Shown here in pieces: positions 45,496 through 55,824 of a stretch of DNA of 64,000 nucleotides. The stretch's first letter is position 1. Each line of letters starts with the position of its first letter. The translations under genes were made by a program, and so were the position numbers. The DNA comes from Pyrinomonadaceae bacterium (GTDB lineage Bacteria; Acidobacteriota; Blastocatellia; Pyrinomonadales; Pyrinomonadaceae). The notes under the pieces were generated by a model. That model had not been told where the DNA came from. It made no database searches and was given only the letters and a program-made list of their open reading frames with translations. The stretch lies in assembly GCA_041751735.1 (NCBI GenBank), contig JBGSWW010000156.1, forward strand, positions 29,330 to 93,329, written 5' to 3'.

Positions 45496-46383
45496 TTAGT
45501 AAGCGGAGCGGTCAGATGAACTGATTTTTACGCCGCCGTTGGTGGTGATGACCTTGATCGGGGCACCGCCGCCGTTGAATGCTGTCTGGATACGCTTTGC
45601 ACGCGACCTCGAGGACCATTCATCCCCTTTGATGTTTTCCTCAGTGACGTTCAAGCTCGGGATATCGCTCTTGAAGCCGCCGTTGACGGTGCCTGTTTCG
45701 ACATTCGCCGCGTAATTTTCCGGCATCGATATATTCACGCCGCCATTAGTGGTTATCACATCCAAGCCGCTGCCTCGCCATGATGTGCCGGATAGAGATA
45801 CGTTTATCCCACCGTTGGTCGTGCGGCCCTTGACGCTACCGGAAACATTCGAAATGTTGATCCCGCCGTTGACGGTCTCGAATTCAGATGAGCCATCTAC
45901 GCCGCTGATCGAGATGCCGCCGTTGTGGGCCTTCAAGTTCAGGTTAGTAGATCTGGGAACCAGTAACTGATACGAAACGGACCAGTTCTTGTCCTCGCCC
46001 GAGCTTTCCGCTTTAATGGTCCCGCCCGTATTGATGCGGATCGCGCTTGCAGCGGCCCTCGCTGTCTCATCAGTGGTTCCCCACGCCTGAACACATGCCA
46101 TTACAAGCACATCGGACCGGTCCTCGCCCTTGACCGATACACCGCCATTTTTGCCGGCGTCGACCGCGATGGAACTCGACGCGGCAACGGAAATTTCACG
46201 AAGATCCGAGGCCGACACCTTGTCGTCCCCTGACCAACTGTTATTTGAGCAGAATGATTTGGATTTTTCCTTGCCGGATTTGTTTCTTTCCTTCTGTGCG
46301 AAGGTTGTATTCGCGGATATTCCGATCGCGATCGCGACGGCCAGGACCGCGATGTACTTCAAGTTACGAGAAACGAATGTCAT
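45496..46383 (-). CDS. DUF4097-like beta-strand repeat protein (putative adhesin/envelope protein)
   Basis: Start at ATG 46383 behind AGGAGG. Signal peptide (YIAVLAVAIAIGISANTTFAQ). Repeated TNGGINVS / TNGGVNIS / VNGGINIS units. Confidence 0.75.
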   Translation of the reverse strand: MTFVSRNLKYIAVLAVAIAIGISANTTFAQKERNKSGKEKSKSFCSNNSWSGDDKVSASDLREISVAASSSIAVDAGKNGGVSVKGEDRSDVLVMACVQAWGTTDETARAAASAIRINTGGTIKAESSGEDKNWSVSYQLLVPRSTNLNLKAHNGGISISGVDGSSEFETVNGGINISNVSGSVKGRTTNGGINVSLSGTSWRGSGLDVITTNGGVNISMPENYAANVETGTVNGGFKSDIPSLNVTEENIKGDEWSSRSRAKRIQTAFNGGGAPIKVITTNGGVKISSSDRSAY

Positions 46384-46483
46384 TTTTGAATTGCCTCCTG
46401 ATGATTTGCTAATGAATTTTGATCTCATTAGCAGTACACCGGAGCCGGTCCGTTTGTGACAAAAATTTCTCGCCGGATGCCAA

Positions 46484-47491
46484 CTACGAGACCGAGACCA
46501 CGAGCCCGGCGTGATTAACATGCCAGTCGAGCACCTCGGCGCCCGGTTCTGCGGTTAGTGCTTTTTCGACGTCGGCACGGCGGCCGTCTTCGCAGAAAAA
46601 GGCGATACAGCCCCCGCCGCCCGCTCCGCAGACCTTCGGTGCGATCGCCCCGTTTGCCATGGCCCTGTCGATAATTCGGTCCATTTGAGGAGTCGTGATA
46701 TTGGGTGACAAACGCTTTCGCTGTGGATGGCTATCGGCCAACAGCTTACCAACAGTTTCAAAATCACAGGTCAGGACTGCCGACCGCATTTGTATGGCGG
46801 TGTCCCGAATAGAATCGAATATCGCAAATATCTCTCTGTCGCCGTCGATATGGCGTTTCGTGATCTTCCAATTGTTGACACCGGAATTTCGCGGCTCGCC
46901 CGTGTAGCAGATCGCGATACGCCGTTCGAGTTCGGCAGCGTCTACAGGTATTTCTTCCCGCGAAATGCCGTCCGGTCGAAAGTGAAGACAGGCGACACCG
47001 CCATACGCCGCCGGGTAGTAGTCCTGAAAGCCTGTCGGGACACGTATCACCTGACATTCAATATTGGCTGCGATAGGAATGAAGCGGTCGGGTGTGTAGC
47101 GATCGCCCACAAGCTTATTCAGAGCTCCGATACACGCAATATTCAGGGTCGAAGAACCCGCGAGTCCGGCCCCGGCCGGTGCCTGGGATTCCGTGGTCAT
47201 GTGAAAGCCTGTTTCGGGGCGGAAAAAATAAACCAGTTTCGACAAGAGCGTAAGCCTGCTCTCATCCCTCAAGGTCGTTATGTCCTCAACAGTCGTCTCG
47301 ACGCGATCTTTCTGGTCGACAGACTCAAGGATTATCCGCCCATCGTCCCGCGTTTCGATACGGCAGTATGCAAGCAAACTCAGTGCGAAATTCACCGTCG
47401 CCGCACCCTCGTGAAACAGGAAAAGAGGCGGTATATCAATTGTGCCGCCGGCCAGATCGACCCGCGTCGGGGCTGAAGATTCGATTAACAC
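46484..47491 (-). CDS. GHMP-family sugar/small-molecule kinase
   Basis: GHMP motif 2 APAGAGLAGSSTL. C-terminal motif 3 KVCGAGGGGCIAF. Confidence 0.8.
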   Translation of the reverse strand: MLIESSAPTRVDLAGGTIDIPPLFLFHEGAATVNFALSLLAYCRIETRDDGRIILESVDQKDRVETTVEDITTLRDESRLTLLSKLVYFFRPETGFHMTTESQAPAGAGLAGSSTLNIACIGALNKLVGDRYTPDRFIPIAANIECQVIRVPTGFQDYYPAAYGGVACLHFRPDGISREEIPVDAAELERRIAICYTGEPRNSGVNNWKITKRHIDGDREIFAIFDSIRDTAIQMRSAVLTCDFETVGKLLADSHPQRKRLSPNITTPQMDRIIDRAMANGAIAPKVCGAGGGGCIAFFCEDGRRADVEKALTAEPGAEVLDWHVNHAGLVVSVS

Positions 47492-47565
47492 TTAAGATTA
47501 TCCTCGACTCGTTGAAGCGAATGGGAATTTTAACGCAGAAGGTAAGAAATCAATATCCGCGAGCA

Positions 47566-48381
47566 CTATTTTTTCTTTCGGAATGACGCTTTCTTTTTTC
47601 TGGGAGAGGATTCCATTGAACTTTGGTCTACAGCATTAGGTTCGCGGGTAAGATGGAGCCTTTCTCCTAGATCGTGCAAGGTCGTTAAACCAGCTTCCTC
47701 GACAGCAAGCAGCTTTTCTTCGATCATATGTATCGTTTCGGGATCAGCATCCTCGACCTTTTCGGAGAGCCAGTAACGCTCTATCACATAAAAAACGATG
47801 ATCCCCACTAAAACAATAAAGAAAAGTGCGACCCCGATCCGGCTGAAGTCGCCGATGATGGAGGTGATCGCCCCGCTGAAAAAATACCCGACGCCCGACA
47901 GCAGCATCACCCACAGCAGGCAGCTTATGCCGCTTAGGATCAGAAAACGCAAGTACGGCATTTTGCCGACGCCGTAAAATACGCACATCGCGAGCCTGAT
48001 GCCGTATATGTATTTCGAGATCACGATCGCTGATGCCCCGAATTTGGCAATGAGCCTTTCGACACGCGGTTGGGCAACTTGATAAAAGCGATAGTGCTTG
48101 GCGTTCTCATGAAAGATGCGGCCGATCATATAGCCGAAACTGTCGCCGACCATGCCGCCGAGGGTGCCGAATACGATCACCTTCAAAAAGCTGTATTGAC
48201 CGAAGAACGAACTGTGAGCCAGGACGCCGGCAACCAGCAGCGTTATGTCCCCTTCCACTGTGCAGAGTGCAAAAACGGCATATATGCCGTACTGCTCTAT
48301 GAACTGGTAGAAAGGGTATTGTTCCATAAGGAAACTGATGAAAGCGGACGGGGCTTTCCAAAGAGTATCTTTCTGCCGCAC
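47566..48381 (-). CDS. DedA/VTT-domain membrane protein with charged C-terminal tail
   Basis: DedA core (FALCTVEGDITLLVAGVLA...GGMVGDSFGYMIGR...FGASAIVISKYIYGIR). The true start may be the Met at 48327. Confidence 0.75.
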   Translation of the reverse strand: MRQKDTLWKAPSAFISFLMEQYPFYQFIEQYGIYAVFALCTVEGDITLLVAGVLAHSSFFGQYSFLKVIVFGTLGGMVGDSFGYMIGRIFHENAKHYRFYQVAQPRVERLIAKFGASAIVISKYIYGIRLAMCVFYGVGKMPYLRFLILSGISCLLWVMLLSGVGYFFSGAITSIIGDFSRIGVALFFIVLVGIIVFYVIERYWLSEKVEDADPETIHMIEEKLLAVEEAGLTTLHDLGERLHLTREPNAVDQSSMESSPRKKKASFRKKK

Positions 48382-48479
48382 GCGCAGTCAACAAATGAGA
48401 CTTTGGGGGACACGAGGTGCGATTCGCCGACTGCTCGCGGCTACCACCTGTTGGCCGGTTTGGTCATATTCTTTGCCGT

Positions 48480-48508
48480 TTGACTGTTATAAGGCTTGTG
48501 TCTAAAAT
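48480..48508 (+). promoter_or_regulatory. sigma-70-type promoter for the ROK gene
   Basis: TTGACT (48480-48485), 17-nt spacer, TAAAAT (48503-48508). 38 nt upstream of the start codon. Confidence 0.5.
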
Positions 48509-48545
48509 CGCGGTTAGTCTATCGCTGGTCTAAGTCCTCGTTATT

Positions 48546-49475
48546 ATGGTTGAAATATCGAACCAGTCGAAAAAGCGCGTCGGCATCGACATCTCCGAGA
48601 CCGGGTCGAAGGCCGTTCTCATCGACGAAAACGACGCGATCGCCGAGATCAGATCGGCAGATCCGGCCGACGACACCATTGCCGGCGTAGTGAAACTGGT
48701 TGAAGGCCTAAGATCCGAAAATCACAATTTTGACACTATCGGGGTCGCCGTTCCCGGGTTGATCGATAAAAGGACGAATCGCGTGGCTTTTTCCGCAAGT
48801 TTTCCGGGACATTCAGACGTTGACCTTGTAAGGGAGGTGACGGCGAAGACCGGCATGTCGGTTGTACTTGAGAATGATGCAAATGCGGCCGGATATGGCG
48901 AGTTTTCTTTGGGGGCCGGACGAGGAAGCAATGATATTTTTTATGTGACGCTGGGTGAAGGTGTCGGCGGAGCGTTTATAATCGACGGGAAGATCTGGCG
49001 GGGATCCGCCGGGTTTGCAGGTGAATTCGGTTATGTCGCGATCAATTCTGAAGGGCGAAGACTCGAGCAGGTCGCCTCGACGAGCAACATTGTTCGGCGT
49101 ACAAAAAGTCGATTTCACCAGGACAGCACATCCTCGTTGAACAAGCTTTTGGAAGAATCGATCACTCTCGATGACATAATCGGGGCGGCCGAGCGAGAGG
49201 ATGATTTCGCTCAGATGATGCTTGAACGGACCGGGATATACATAGGCACCGCTATTGCGAACGTCATCAATCTGCTCAATATAGAGAAGATAGTTATTGG
49301 CGGAGAAATAATGGAGGCCAGACATCTGGTGCTTGACGCGATTATAGCCAGGGCCCGCTATCTTTCGTTCCCCAAGGCATTCGAGTCCACGGAGATAGTT
49401 CAGGGCGAATTGGGCCCAAATGCTGCTGCGGTGGGCGCGGCATTTATTGCGGGACTTAACGAGGCACCCAAATAA
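48546..49475 (+). CDS. ROK-family sugar kinase-like protein
   Basis: 309 aa with no N-terminal HTH. Motifs GIDISETGSK, GVAVPGLID, LENDANAAGYGE, AGEFGY. The usual Cys-rich zinc motif is not visible. Confidence 0.8.
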   Translation: MVEISNQSKKRVGIDISETGSKAVLIDENDAIAEIRSADPADDTIAGVVKLVEGLRSENHNFDTIGVAVPGLIDKRTNRVAFSASFPGHSDVDLVREVTAKTGMSVVLENDANAAGYGEFSLGAGRGSNDIFYVTLGEGVGGAFIIDGKIWRGSAGFAGEFGYVAINSEGRRLEQVASTSNIVRRTKSRFHQDSTSSLNKLLEESITLDDIIGAAEREDDFAQMMLERTGIYIGTAIANVINLLNIEKIVIGGEIMEARHLVLDAIIARARYLSFPKAFESTEIVQGELGPNAAAVGAAFIAGLNEAPK

Positions 49476-49713
49476 TGAGTTTCGGGGAACGGGCATATTA
49501 ACAGAACTTATTAAGTTGAAATTGCGCAACGGTTTTGGCTCGGTTTACTTTTGTCTTGTGCAATTTGCGGATTGTTTCAGTTTTAGTAGAATCTTAAACA
49601 GTTATAAGGCAAGAACTTGGGTGGAAATTGGCTCGAGGCCTTTTCTTGGCATATTAATGTGAGAAAAGCCGGGGCTAAATTGTTGTAAGTTTTTAACGGC
49701 AATTGATCTTAAG

Positions 49714-50373
49714 ATGGCGCAATTTTTCAACAAAAGTGCAAATAATATCGCCCGGATCAGCATGGTCCTGGTTGCCGTGCTTGCTGGTACCGCATTTTAT
49801 GCTTATACGCAGATTGCACGGTCGTCTTACCTGACGGGGCGTTATCTCGAAAAACAGCAGCCGGTCCAGTTTAGCCACAAACACCATACAGGTGACGACG
49901 GCATTGATTGCCGCTATTGCCATTCGACTGTAGAAACGACAGCATCCGCGGGAATGCCGCCAACACAGACCTGCATGAATTGCCATAGCGAGATCTGGGC
50001 CGACAGCCCTTATCTCGAGCCGGTGAGGGCGAGCTTTCGTGATAACAAGCCGATCGAATGGGAACGAGTTCACGACCTTCCCGAATACACATATTTCAAT
50101 CACAGCATTCACGTTGCCAAGGGCGTAGGCTGCTCGACCTGTCACGGCGAGATCGATAATATGCCGGCCGTTTACCAGGAGAATACGCTCCAGATGGAGT
50201 GGTGTATCGCGTGCCACCGTGAACCTGGAAATTTCATAAGGCCGAAAACAGAGATCTACAACATGCAGTGGCAGGATAACGAACTGACCGCGGCCGAGAG
50301 GGTCAACTTGAAATCTGAATATAAGATCCGCACAAGGGAACTATTAACTAGCTGCTCAACTTGTCACCGATAA
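49714..50373 (+). CDS. actA: alternative complex III subunit ActA (pentahaem cytochrome c)
   Basis: N-terminal anchor. Five CxxCH motifs (CRYCH, CMNCH, CSTCH, CIACH, CSTCH). First gene of the act cluster. Confidence 0.9.
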   Translation: MAQFFNKSANNIARISMVLVAVLAGTAFYAYTQIARSSYLTGRYLEKQQPVQFSHKHHTGDDGIDCRYCHSTVETTASAGMPPTQTCMNCHSEIWADSPYLEPVRASFRDNKPIEWERVHDLPEYTYFNHSIHVAKGVGCSTCHGEIDNMPAVYQENTLQMEWCIACHREPGNFIRPKTEIYNMQWQDNELTAAERVNLKSEYKIRTRELLTSCSTCHR

Positions 50374-50383
50374 GGGATACAGG

Positions 50384-53300
50384 ATGGAGTCGGAACGAAT
50401 AATGGGAATTCCAGAAACCAAAAAAACCTTTGCCTCGCTACGCGAGAAAATTCTGGCGCAAAACGGAAAAGAGTATTGGCGAAGCATCGAAGAACATGCC
50501 GATACGCCGGAGTTCCGCGAATTTGTCGCTGAGGAATACCCGCACGAGATCGAGCAGTGGGACAGTACCCTCAGCCGCCGTAACTTCGTTAAAGTAATGG
50601 GAGCCTCGCTCGCCCTGGCAGGGTTGAGCGGATGCGTGATCCAACCACCCGAGAAGATCGTTCCCTATGTTACGTCGCCGGTGGGAATGCTGCCGGGCAA
50701 GCCGGCTTTTTTTGCGACTGCCATGTCCCTTGGCGGCATTGCCACAGGCTTGCTGGCTGAATCATTCGAAGGCCGGCCTATAAAGATCGAGGGGAATCCG
50801 CTCCATCCAGGAAGCCAGGGCGCCACGGACGTTCTTGCACAGGCATCTCTCCTCGATATGTACGATCCGGACCGCTCGCAGGAAGTGACCTTTCGCGGCG
50901 GTTATTCGACGTGGGAGTCATTTGTGCCTACGTTCCGATCGGCTATAGAACAAAATCGCGCCGATGGTGGGGCGGGAATTCGATTCCTTAATACGACGAT
51001 CACCTCGCCCACCCTGGTAGATCAATTTGCACAGATCAAGAGGGAATTGCCAAATTCGAAGCTGATCCAGTTTGAACCGGTCAACAATGATAATGCTATG
51101 GCCGGTGCGAGGATGGCATTTGGTTCGCCGGCACATACTGTATACAGGTTCGACCGGGCCGAGAGGGTCCTGTCGCTCGATGCCGATATATTCTCGAGTT
51201 TCAATACGGGTTATATAAAGGACTACACCAAGCAGCGTGTCTATTCCGAGACGAAAAAGGACATGTGCCGTCTTTACTGCATAGAGACCACCGTCAGTCT
51301 CATGGGAGCAAAGGCCGACCACCGTATCGCCGTAAAGCCCAGCCAGATGACCGAGATCACCAAAGCAGTGGCAGCGGCGGTCGGAGTGTCAGGAGCAGTA
51401 TCAACATATACGGAAAACGCTGACTGGATAGCGGCTATGGCCAGGGACCTGGCCGCATTCAGGGGACGTTCTCTGGTGATCGCCGGAGCACATCAGTCAC
51501 CGGCGGTGCATGCCCTTGCTCACACGATGAATGCCGCTTTAGGCAACGTCGGGCAAACCGTCGTATATACTGAACCCCTTTCACCGGGCTCGGAAAAACT
51601 GCAGGTTGAGCAACTTCGTGAACTCATTACCGAGATAGATTCCGGTGTCGTGAAGATGCTGGTTATCCTGAATGGTAATCCGGTTTACGACACGCCTATC
51701 GATCTCAAGCTTACCCCGGAACGAATGTCCAAGATCCCACTGAGGATCCATCTTGGGCTTCGTGTTGACGAGACCGCAGAGCATTGTCACTGGCACGTTC
51801 CTGCCAAGCATTACCTTGAGAGCTGGAGCGATGCTCGCGCATATGATGGGACGGCTTCCATAGTTCAGCCGCTTGTCGCGCCGTTATACGGCGGAAAGAA
51901 TGATCATGAGTTCGTTCAGCTTTTTATGCAGGAGAATTTTGATCAGAAAGATTATGACATCATAAGAGGGTTCTGGCAGCGGCAGAATATCGGCAGCGGG
52001 CGAGCTGCCGTTCCAGTAGCGTCGCCGCCGACACCAGTGACGGACACTTCAGGAGGGGCCGCGGGTGAGAACCCGGAAGTGGCGGCAGTCAGCCAAAGAT
52101 CTGATAACTCTAATGCGGCCAGCACTTCGGCATCGCCTGCCCCCGTTTCTACAGCTTCGCCGGCCGGTAATACTGCCGCCTCGGCAGGCGCGCCGGGGCC
52201 TGGCCTGAGAACGGGTGGCGGTGCCGGTACCGGTACAGCAGCTTCGAATTTTGAGGATAACTGGCGCAAAGCGGTTCACGATGGTGTGGTGCCAAATACG
52301 GCTGCTCCGGCGAAGTCCGTCACCGCGTCCAGTGGGTTTCTCGGTCAACCCGCTCCAGCAGTTCAGCGAATGGGAGAGCTGGAAATAAATATACTTCCGG
52401 ACCCTTGTGTTTATGACGGCCGGTTTTCGAACAATGGGTGGCTTCAGGAGCTTCCAAAGCCGCTGAACAAGGTCACCTGGGAAAATGTCGGATTAATTAG
52501 TCCGAGAACAGCCGAGCGGCTGGGTATAAACACGGGCAGTGACGACAGGGAATTCGCGGGCGGGACTCGCGGCAGCAGCTTTATCAATACAAAAGGTGGC
52601 AACACATTCTCTGACCTCGTCACGGTCACATATCAGGGCGTCGATATACAGAAGCCTGTACCGATGTGGATCACCCCGGGGCAGCCGGACGACGTTATCA
52701 CCCTATTCATGGGGTATGGCCGGACGCGTGCCGGCCGGGTTGGAACCGGAATAGGCTACAACGTTTTCGACGTGACGCGTTCGGACGCGATGAATTCCGG
52801 CTCGGGTAATATCTCGGCTGTCCCCGGTACGACTACCATTGCCTCGACCCAGATCCATTTCAATATGGAGGGCCGCGATCTGCTCCGTGTGTGGAACCTG
52901 GATGAGTACAACAAAAACCCAGACGTTGGGCATCAGCATGATGAATATCCCAAATCGATGTATCCATACGAGGAACATCAGGAGGTTTACAACAAACATA
53001 ACAAGTGGGCGATGACCATCGATCTTAACTCTTGTGTTGGTTGTAACGCGTGTGTTATCGCCTGTCAGGCTGAGAATAATATTCCGGTCGTTGGCAAGGA
53101 ACAGGTCGAGCGCAGCCGTGAGATGCATTGGCTAAGGATCGATACCTATTACGGCGGCGGCGACATCAGTAATCCCGACGGCCCGCATTTTCAGCCGGTC
53201 CTGTGTCAGCAGTGCGAACAGGCCCCATGCGAAGTCGTTTGTCCCGTGCACGCAACCGTGCATAGTGCTGAGGGTCTCAACGACATGGTCTATAACCGCT

Positions 53301-53791
53301 GCGTCGGGACCAGATACTGCTCGAACAACTGTCCTTATAAAGTGCGCCGCTTCAATTTCCTGCTTTATCAGGACTGGAACACACCGCAATACAAACTGAT
53401 GCGGAACCCTGAAGTTACGGTCAGGAGCCGCGGGGTGATGGAGAAATGCACCTATTGTACCCAACGTATTTCAGCCGCGAGAATCGAGGCTGAAAAGGAA
53501 GACCGTCCGATAAGAGATGGTGAGGTCGTGACCGCATGTCAGGCTGCATGCCCGACCGACGCGATTATTTTCGGCAACATGCACGATGAGAACAGCCAAA
53601 TCGCGAAAACAAAGAAAGACCATCGAAACTATATCTTGCTGAACGAGCTTAATACCCAGCCCCGTACGACGTACTTGGCGGCGCTGAAGAACCAAAACAG
53701 GGAAATGCCGGATTACCATTCGAGAGAAAAGGCCGTGCACACCCCAGGCATGCAGGAATCCAAAGCACCGGCAGGTGAAGACGGGCACTAG
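50384..53791 (+). CDS. actB: alternative complex III subunit ActB (molybdopterin-oxidoreductase-like plus 4Fe-4S module)
   Basis: Tat signal SRRNFVKVMGASLALAGLSGC. Fe-S cysteine clusters (CVGCNACVIAC, CQQCEQAPCEVVCP, CVGTRYCSNNCP, CTYC..., ACQAACP). 1135 aa. Confidence 0.92.
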   Translation: MESERIMGIPETKKTFASLREKILAQNGKEYWRSIEEHADTPEFREFVAEEYPHEIEQWDSTLSRRNFVKVMGASLALAGLSGCVIQPPEKIVPYVTSPVGMLPGKPAFFATAMSLGGIATGLLAESFEGRPIKIEGNPLHPGSQGATDVLAQASLLDMYDPDRSQEVTFRGGYSTWESFVPTFRSAIEQNRADGGAGIRFLNTTITSPTLVDQFAQIKRELPNSKLIQFEPVNNDNAMAGARMAFGSPAHTVYRFDRAERVLSLDADIFSSFNTGYIKDYTKQRVYSETKKDMCRLYCIETTVSLMGAKADHRIAVKPSQMTEITKAVAAAVGVSGAVSTYTENADWIAAMARDLAAFRGRSLVIAGAHQSPAVHALAHTMNAALGNVGQTVVYTEPLSPGSEKLQVEQLRELITEIDSGVVKMLVILNGNPVYDTPIDLKLTPERMSKIPLRIHLGLRVDETAEHCHWHVPAKHYLESWSDARAYDGTASIVQPLVAPLYGGKNDHEFVQLFMQENFDQKDYDIIRGFWQRQNIGSGRAAVPVASPPTPVTDTSGGAAGENPEVAAVSQRSDNSNAASTSASPAPVSTASPAGNTAASAGAPGPGLRTGGGAGTGTAASNFEDNWRKAVHDGVVPNTAAPAKSVTASSGFLGQPAPAVQRMGELEINILPDPCVYDGRFSNNGWLQELPKPLNKVTWENVGLISPRTAERLGINTGSDDREFAGGTRGSSFINTKGGNTFSDLVTVTYQGVDIQKPVPMWITPGQPDDVITLFMGYGRTRAGRVGTGIGYNVFDVTRSDAMNSGSGNISAVPGTTTIASTQIHFNMEGRDLLRVWNLDEYNKNPDVGHQHDEYPKSMYPYEEHQEVYNKHNKWAMTIDLNSCVGCNACVIACQAENNIPVVGKEQVERSREMHWLRIDTYYGGGDISNPDGPHFQPVLCQQCEQAPCEVVCPVHATVHSAEGLNDMVYNRCVGTRYCSNNCPYKVRRFNFLLYQDWNTPQYKLMRNPEVTVRSRGVMEKCTYCTQRISAARIEAEKEDRPIRDGEVVTACQAACPTDAIIFGNMHDENSQIAKTKKDHRNYILLNELNTQPRTTYLAALKNQNREMPDYHSREKAVHTPGMQESKAPAGEDGH

Positions 53792-53804
53792 GTTTCGCGA
53801 GATT

Positions 53805-55253
53805 ATGCAGGACGCTAAAGAACTCAAAGAAAAACTCCACCCGGCGATGATCGAGGGCAATCATACCTTCGCCAGCGTGACGGACAAGATCAGCGACGTC
53901 ACGCTAAAGAAGCGCACGCCTTTTCATTGGTTCATAGGCTTTGCCATTGCGTTCATGGTCGCCCAGCTGCTGCTTTTTTCGACGATATGGCTACTCGCGA
54001 ATGGCATCGGGATCTGGGGAAACAACCAACCAGTGGGCTGGGCCTTCGATATCATCAATTTCGTTTGGTGGATCGGTATCGGTCACGCCGGAACGCTCAT
54101 CTCAGCGATCCTGCTCCTGATGAATCAGAAATGGCGAACGTCGATCAACCGTTTTGCCGAGGCGATGACTCTGTTTGCCGTAGCCTGCGCCGCGATGTTC
54201 CCTTTGCTGCACACGGGCCGTCCGTGGCTGGCCGCTTATTGGCTATTCCCCTACCCGAACACGATGGGGATCTGGCCAAATTTCCGCAGCCCGCTTATTT
54301 GGGACGTTTTCGCAGTTTCGACTTATGCCACTGTGTCCCTTTTGTTCTGGTATGTAGGTTTGATTCCCGATCTCGCAACACTGCGTGACAGGGCCAAGAA
54401 TAAGTATTTCAAGTTTGTTTACGCCGCTTTATCGTGGGGATGGCGCGGCTCCGCCAGGCATTGGCACCGGTACGAGATCACGTACCTTATACTCGCCGGT
54501 ATTTCTACACCGCTGGTGCTTTCGGTCCACTCGATCGTGTCCTTCGACTTCTCGGTCTCGCAGATCCCTGGTTGGCACGCAACGATCTTTCCACCGTATT
54601 TTGTGGCCGGTGCCGTTTTCGCCGGCTTTGCGATGGTGCTGATCCTTTGTATCCCGCTGCGGCGTTGGTACCGGATGGAGGATTTCATTACCCATACGCA
54701 CCTTGTCTTTATGGCAAAGGTCATGCTAGCAACGGGGCTCATAGTTGTTTACGGCTATGCGATGGAAGGCTTTTTCGGCTGGTACAGCGCTTCGCAGTAT
54801 GAAGTATTCATGGTTAAGAACCGAATATGGGAAGGGCCGTACTGGTGGTCGTATTGGCTGTTGATCTTCTGCAATGGCCTCTCGATACAGCTTCTCTGGT
54901 TCGAGCGGTTCCGAAACAGCGAATTCTGGTTATTTACGATCTCCGTGATCGTCAGCGTCGGAATGTGGCTTGAACGATTTGTGATCATCGTGACTAGTCT
55001 GCACCGAGACTTTCTGCCGTCATCGTGGGCGATGTATTCGCCGACTATCTGGGACCTATCGATGTTCGCGGGCACGATCGGATTTTTCTTTACATTGATA
55101 TATCTGTTCGTCCGCTTTGTCCCGATCATCTCGATGTTCGAGGTGCGAACATTGCTGCCGGCGGCTAACGTGCACGGGCACCAGCAGGATTTTGAGGAAA
55201 ACGTGAATGAGGTCGAATACACGTACGACCGTACAGATCCGCCCAACAAGTAA
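53805..55253 (+). CDS. actC: alternative complex III subunit ActC (NrfD/PsrC-like quinol-interacting membrane subunit)
   Basis: About ten TM helices with an NrfD-like sequence. Start at ATG 53805 (the ORF opens at GTG 53775, inside the actB end). Confidence 0.88.
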   Translation: MQDAKELKEKLHPAMIEGNHTFASVTDKISDVTLKKRTPFHWFIGFAIAFMVAQLLLFSTIWLLANGIGIWGNNQPVGWAFDIINFVWWIGIGHAGTLISAILLLMNQKWRTSINRFAEAMTLFAVACAAMFPLLHTGRPWLAAYWLFPYPNTMGIWPNFRSPLIWDVFAVSTYATVSLLFWYVGLIPDLATLRDRAKNKYFKFVYAALSWGWRGSARHWHRYEITYLILAGISTPLVLSVHSIVSFDFSVSQIPGWHATIFPPYFVAGAVFAGFAMVLILCIPLRRWYRMEDFITHTHLVFMAKVMLATGLIVVYGYAMEGFFGWYSASQYEVFMVKNRIWEGPYWWSYWLLIFCNGLSIQLLWFERFRNSEFWLFTISVIVSVGMWLERFVIIVTSLHRDFLPSSWAMYSPTIWDLSMFAGTIGFFFTLIYLFVRFVPIISMFEVRTLLPAANVHGHQQDFEENVNEVEYTYDRTDPPNK

Positions 55254-55290
55254 CAGGTCGATTTGATCCGTTGTTATTTTTGCTAGAGCT

Positions 55291-55824
55291 ATGGGAAACA
55301 ACCTTTACGGGATACTAGCCGAATTTGACTCAGCTACCGAGCTTGTAGACGCCGCGCGGCTTGTTCGCGATGCGGGGTATACCAAGACCGACGCTTTTAC
55401 GCCGTTCCCGCTTCATGAGATCGACGAGGCGCTGGGCATCAAACGCAGCATTTTGCCGTATCTGATCTTTGCCGGGGGACTTACAGGGCTCTTTGCCGGG
55501 ATCGGTTTGCAGTATTTTGTTCACGTTTATGACTGGCCGATCATCGTCGGCGGGCGGCCGCATTTCAGCTTACCGTCGTTTGTACCGCCGGCTTACGAAC
55601 TGACGATCCTATTTTCGGCATTTGTGGCTGTTTTTGGCATGTTGTTTCTTAACGGGCTTCCGTCGCCTTATCATCCGGTGTTTAATGTTCCGCGTTTTGC
55701 CCTTGCCACGCGAGAAAAGTTCTTTTTGATCATTGAATCACGCGATCCGAAGTACGACTACGAGGAAACAAAGAGCTTCATGCAAAGCCTTGATCCCCAG
55801 GAGGTCTTTGATGTTGAGGAATAA
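55291..55824 (+). CDS. actD: alternative complex III subunit ActD (DUF3341)
   Basis: LYGILAEFDSATELVDAARLVRDAGYTKTDAFTPFP followed by two TM helices. Position in the cluster. Confidence 0.88.
   Translation: MGNNLYGILAEFDSATELVDAARLVRDAGYTKTDAFTPFPLHEIDEALGIKRSILPYLIFAGGLTGLFAGIGLQYFVHVYDWPIIVGGRPHFSLPSFVPPAYELTILFSAFVAVFGMLFLNGLPSPYHPVFNVPRFALATREKFFLIIESRDPKYDYEETKSFMQSLDPQEVFDVEE

Noticed and set aside
46384-46521. N-terminal extension of the DUF4097-like ORF (to 46521) overlapping the GHMP kinase gene, and the similar extension of the 10602 ORF to 11645 overlapping trmL
   Set aside because: Internal starts give proper signal peptides, and in the first case a perfect AGGAGG RBS. The extensions are Arg/Ser-rich with no features.
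49565-49592. Possible sigma-70 promoter for the act operon (TTGCGG, 16-nt spacer, TAGAAT)
   Set aside because: The -35 match is weak, it lies 120 nt from the start codon, and several alternatives exist in this AT-rich stretch. It is not reliable enough to list as a feature.
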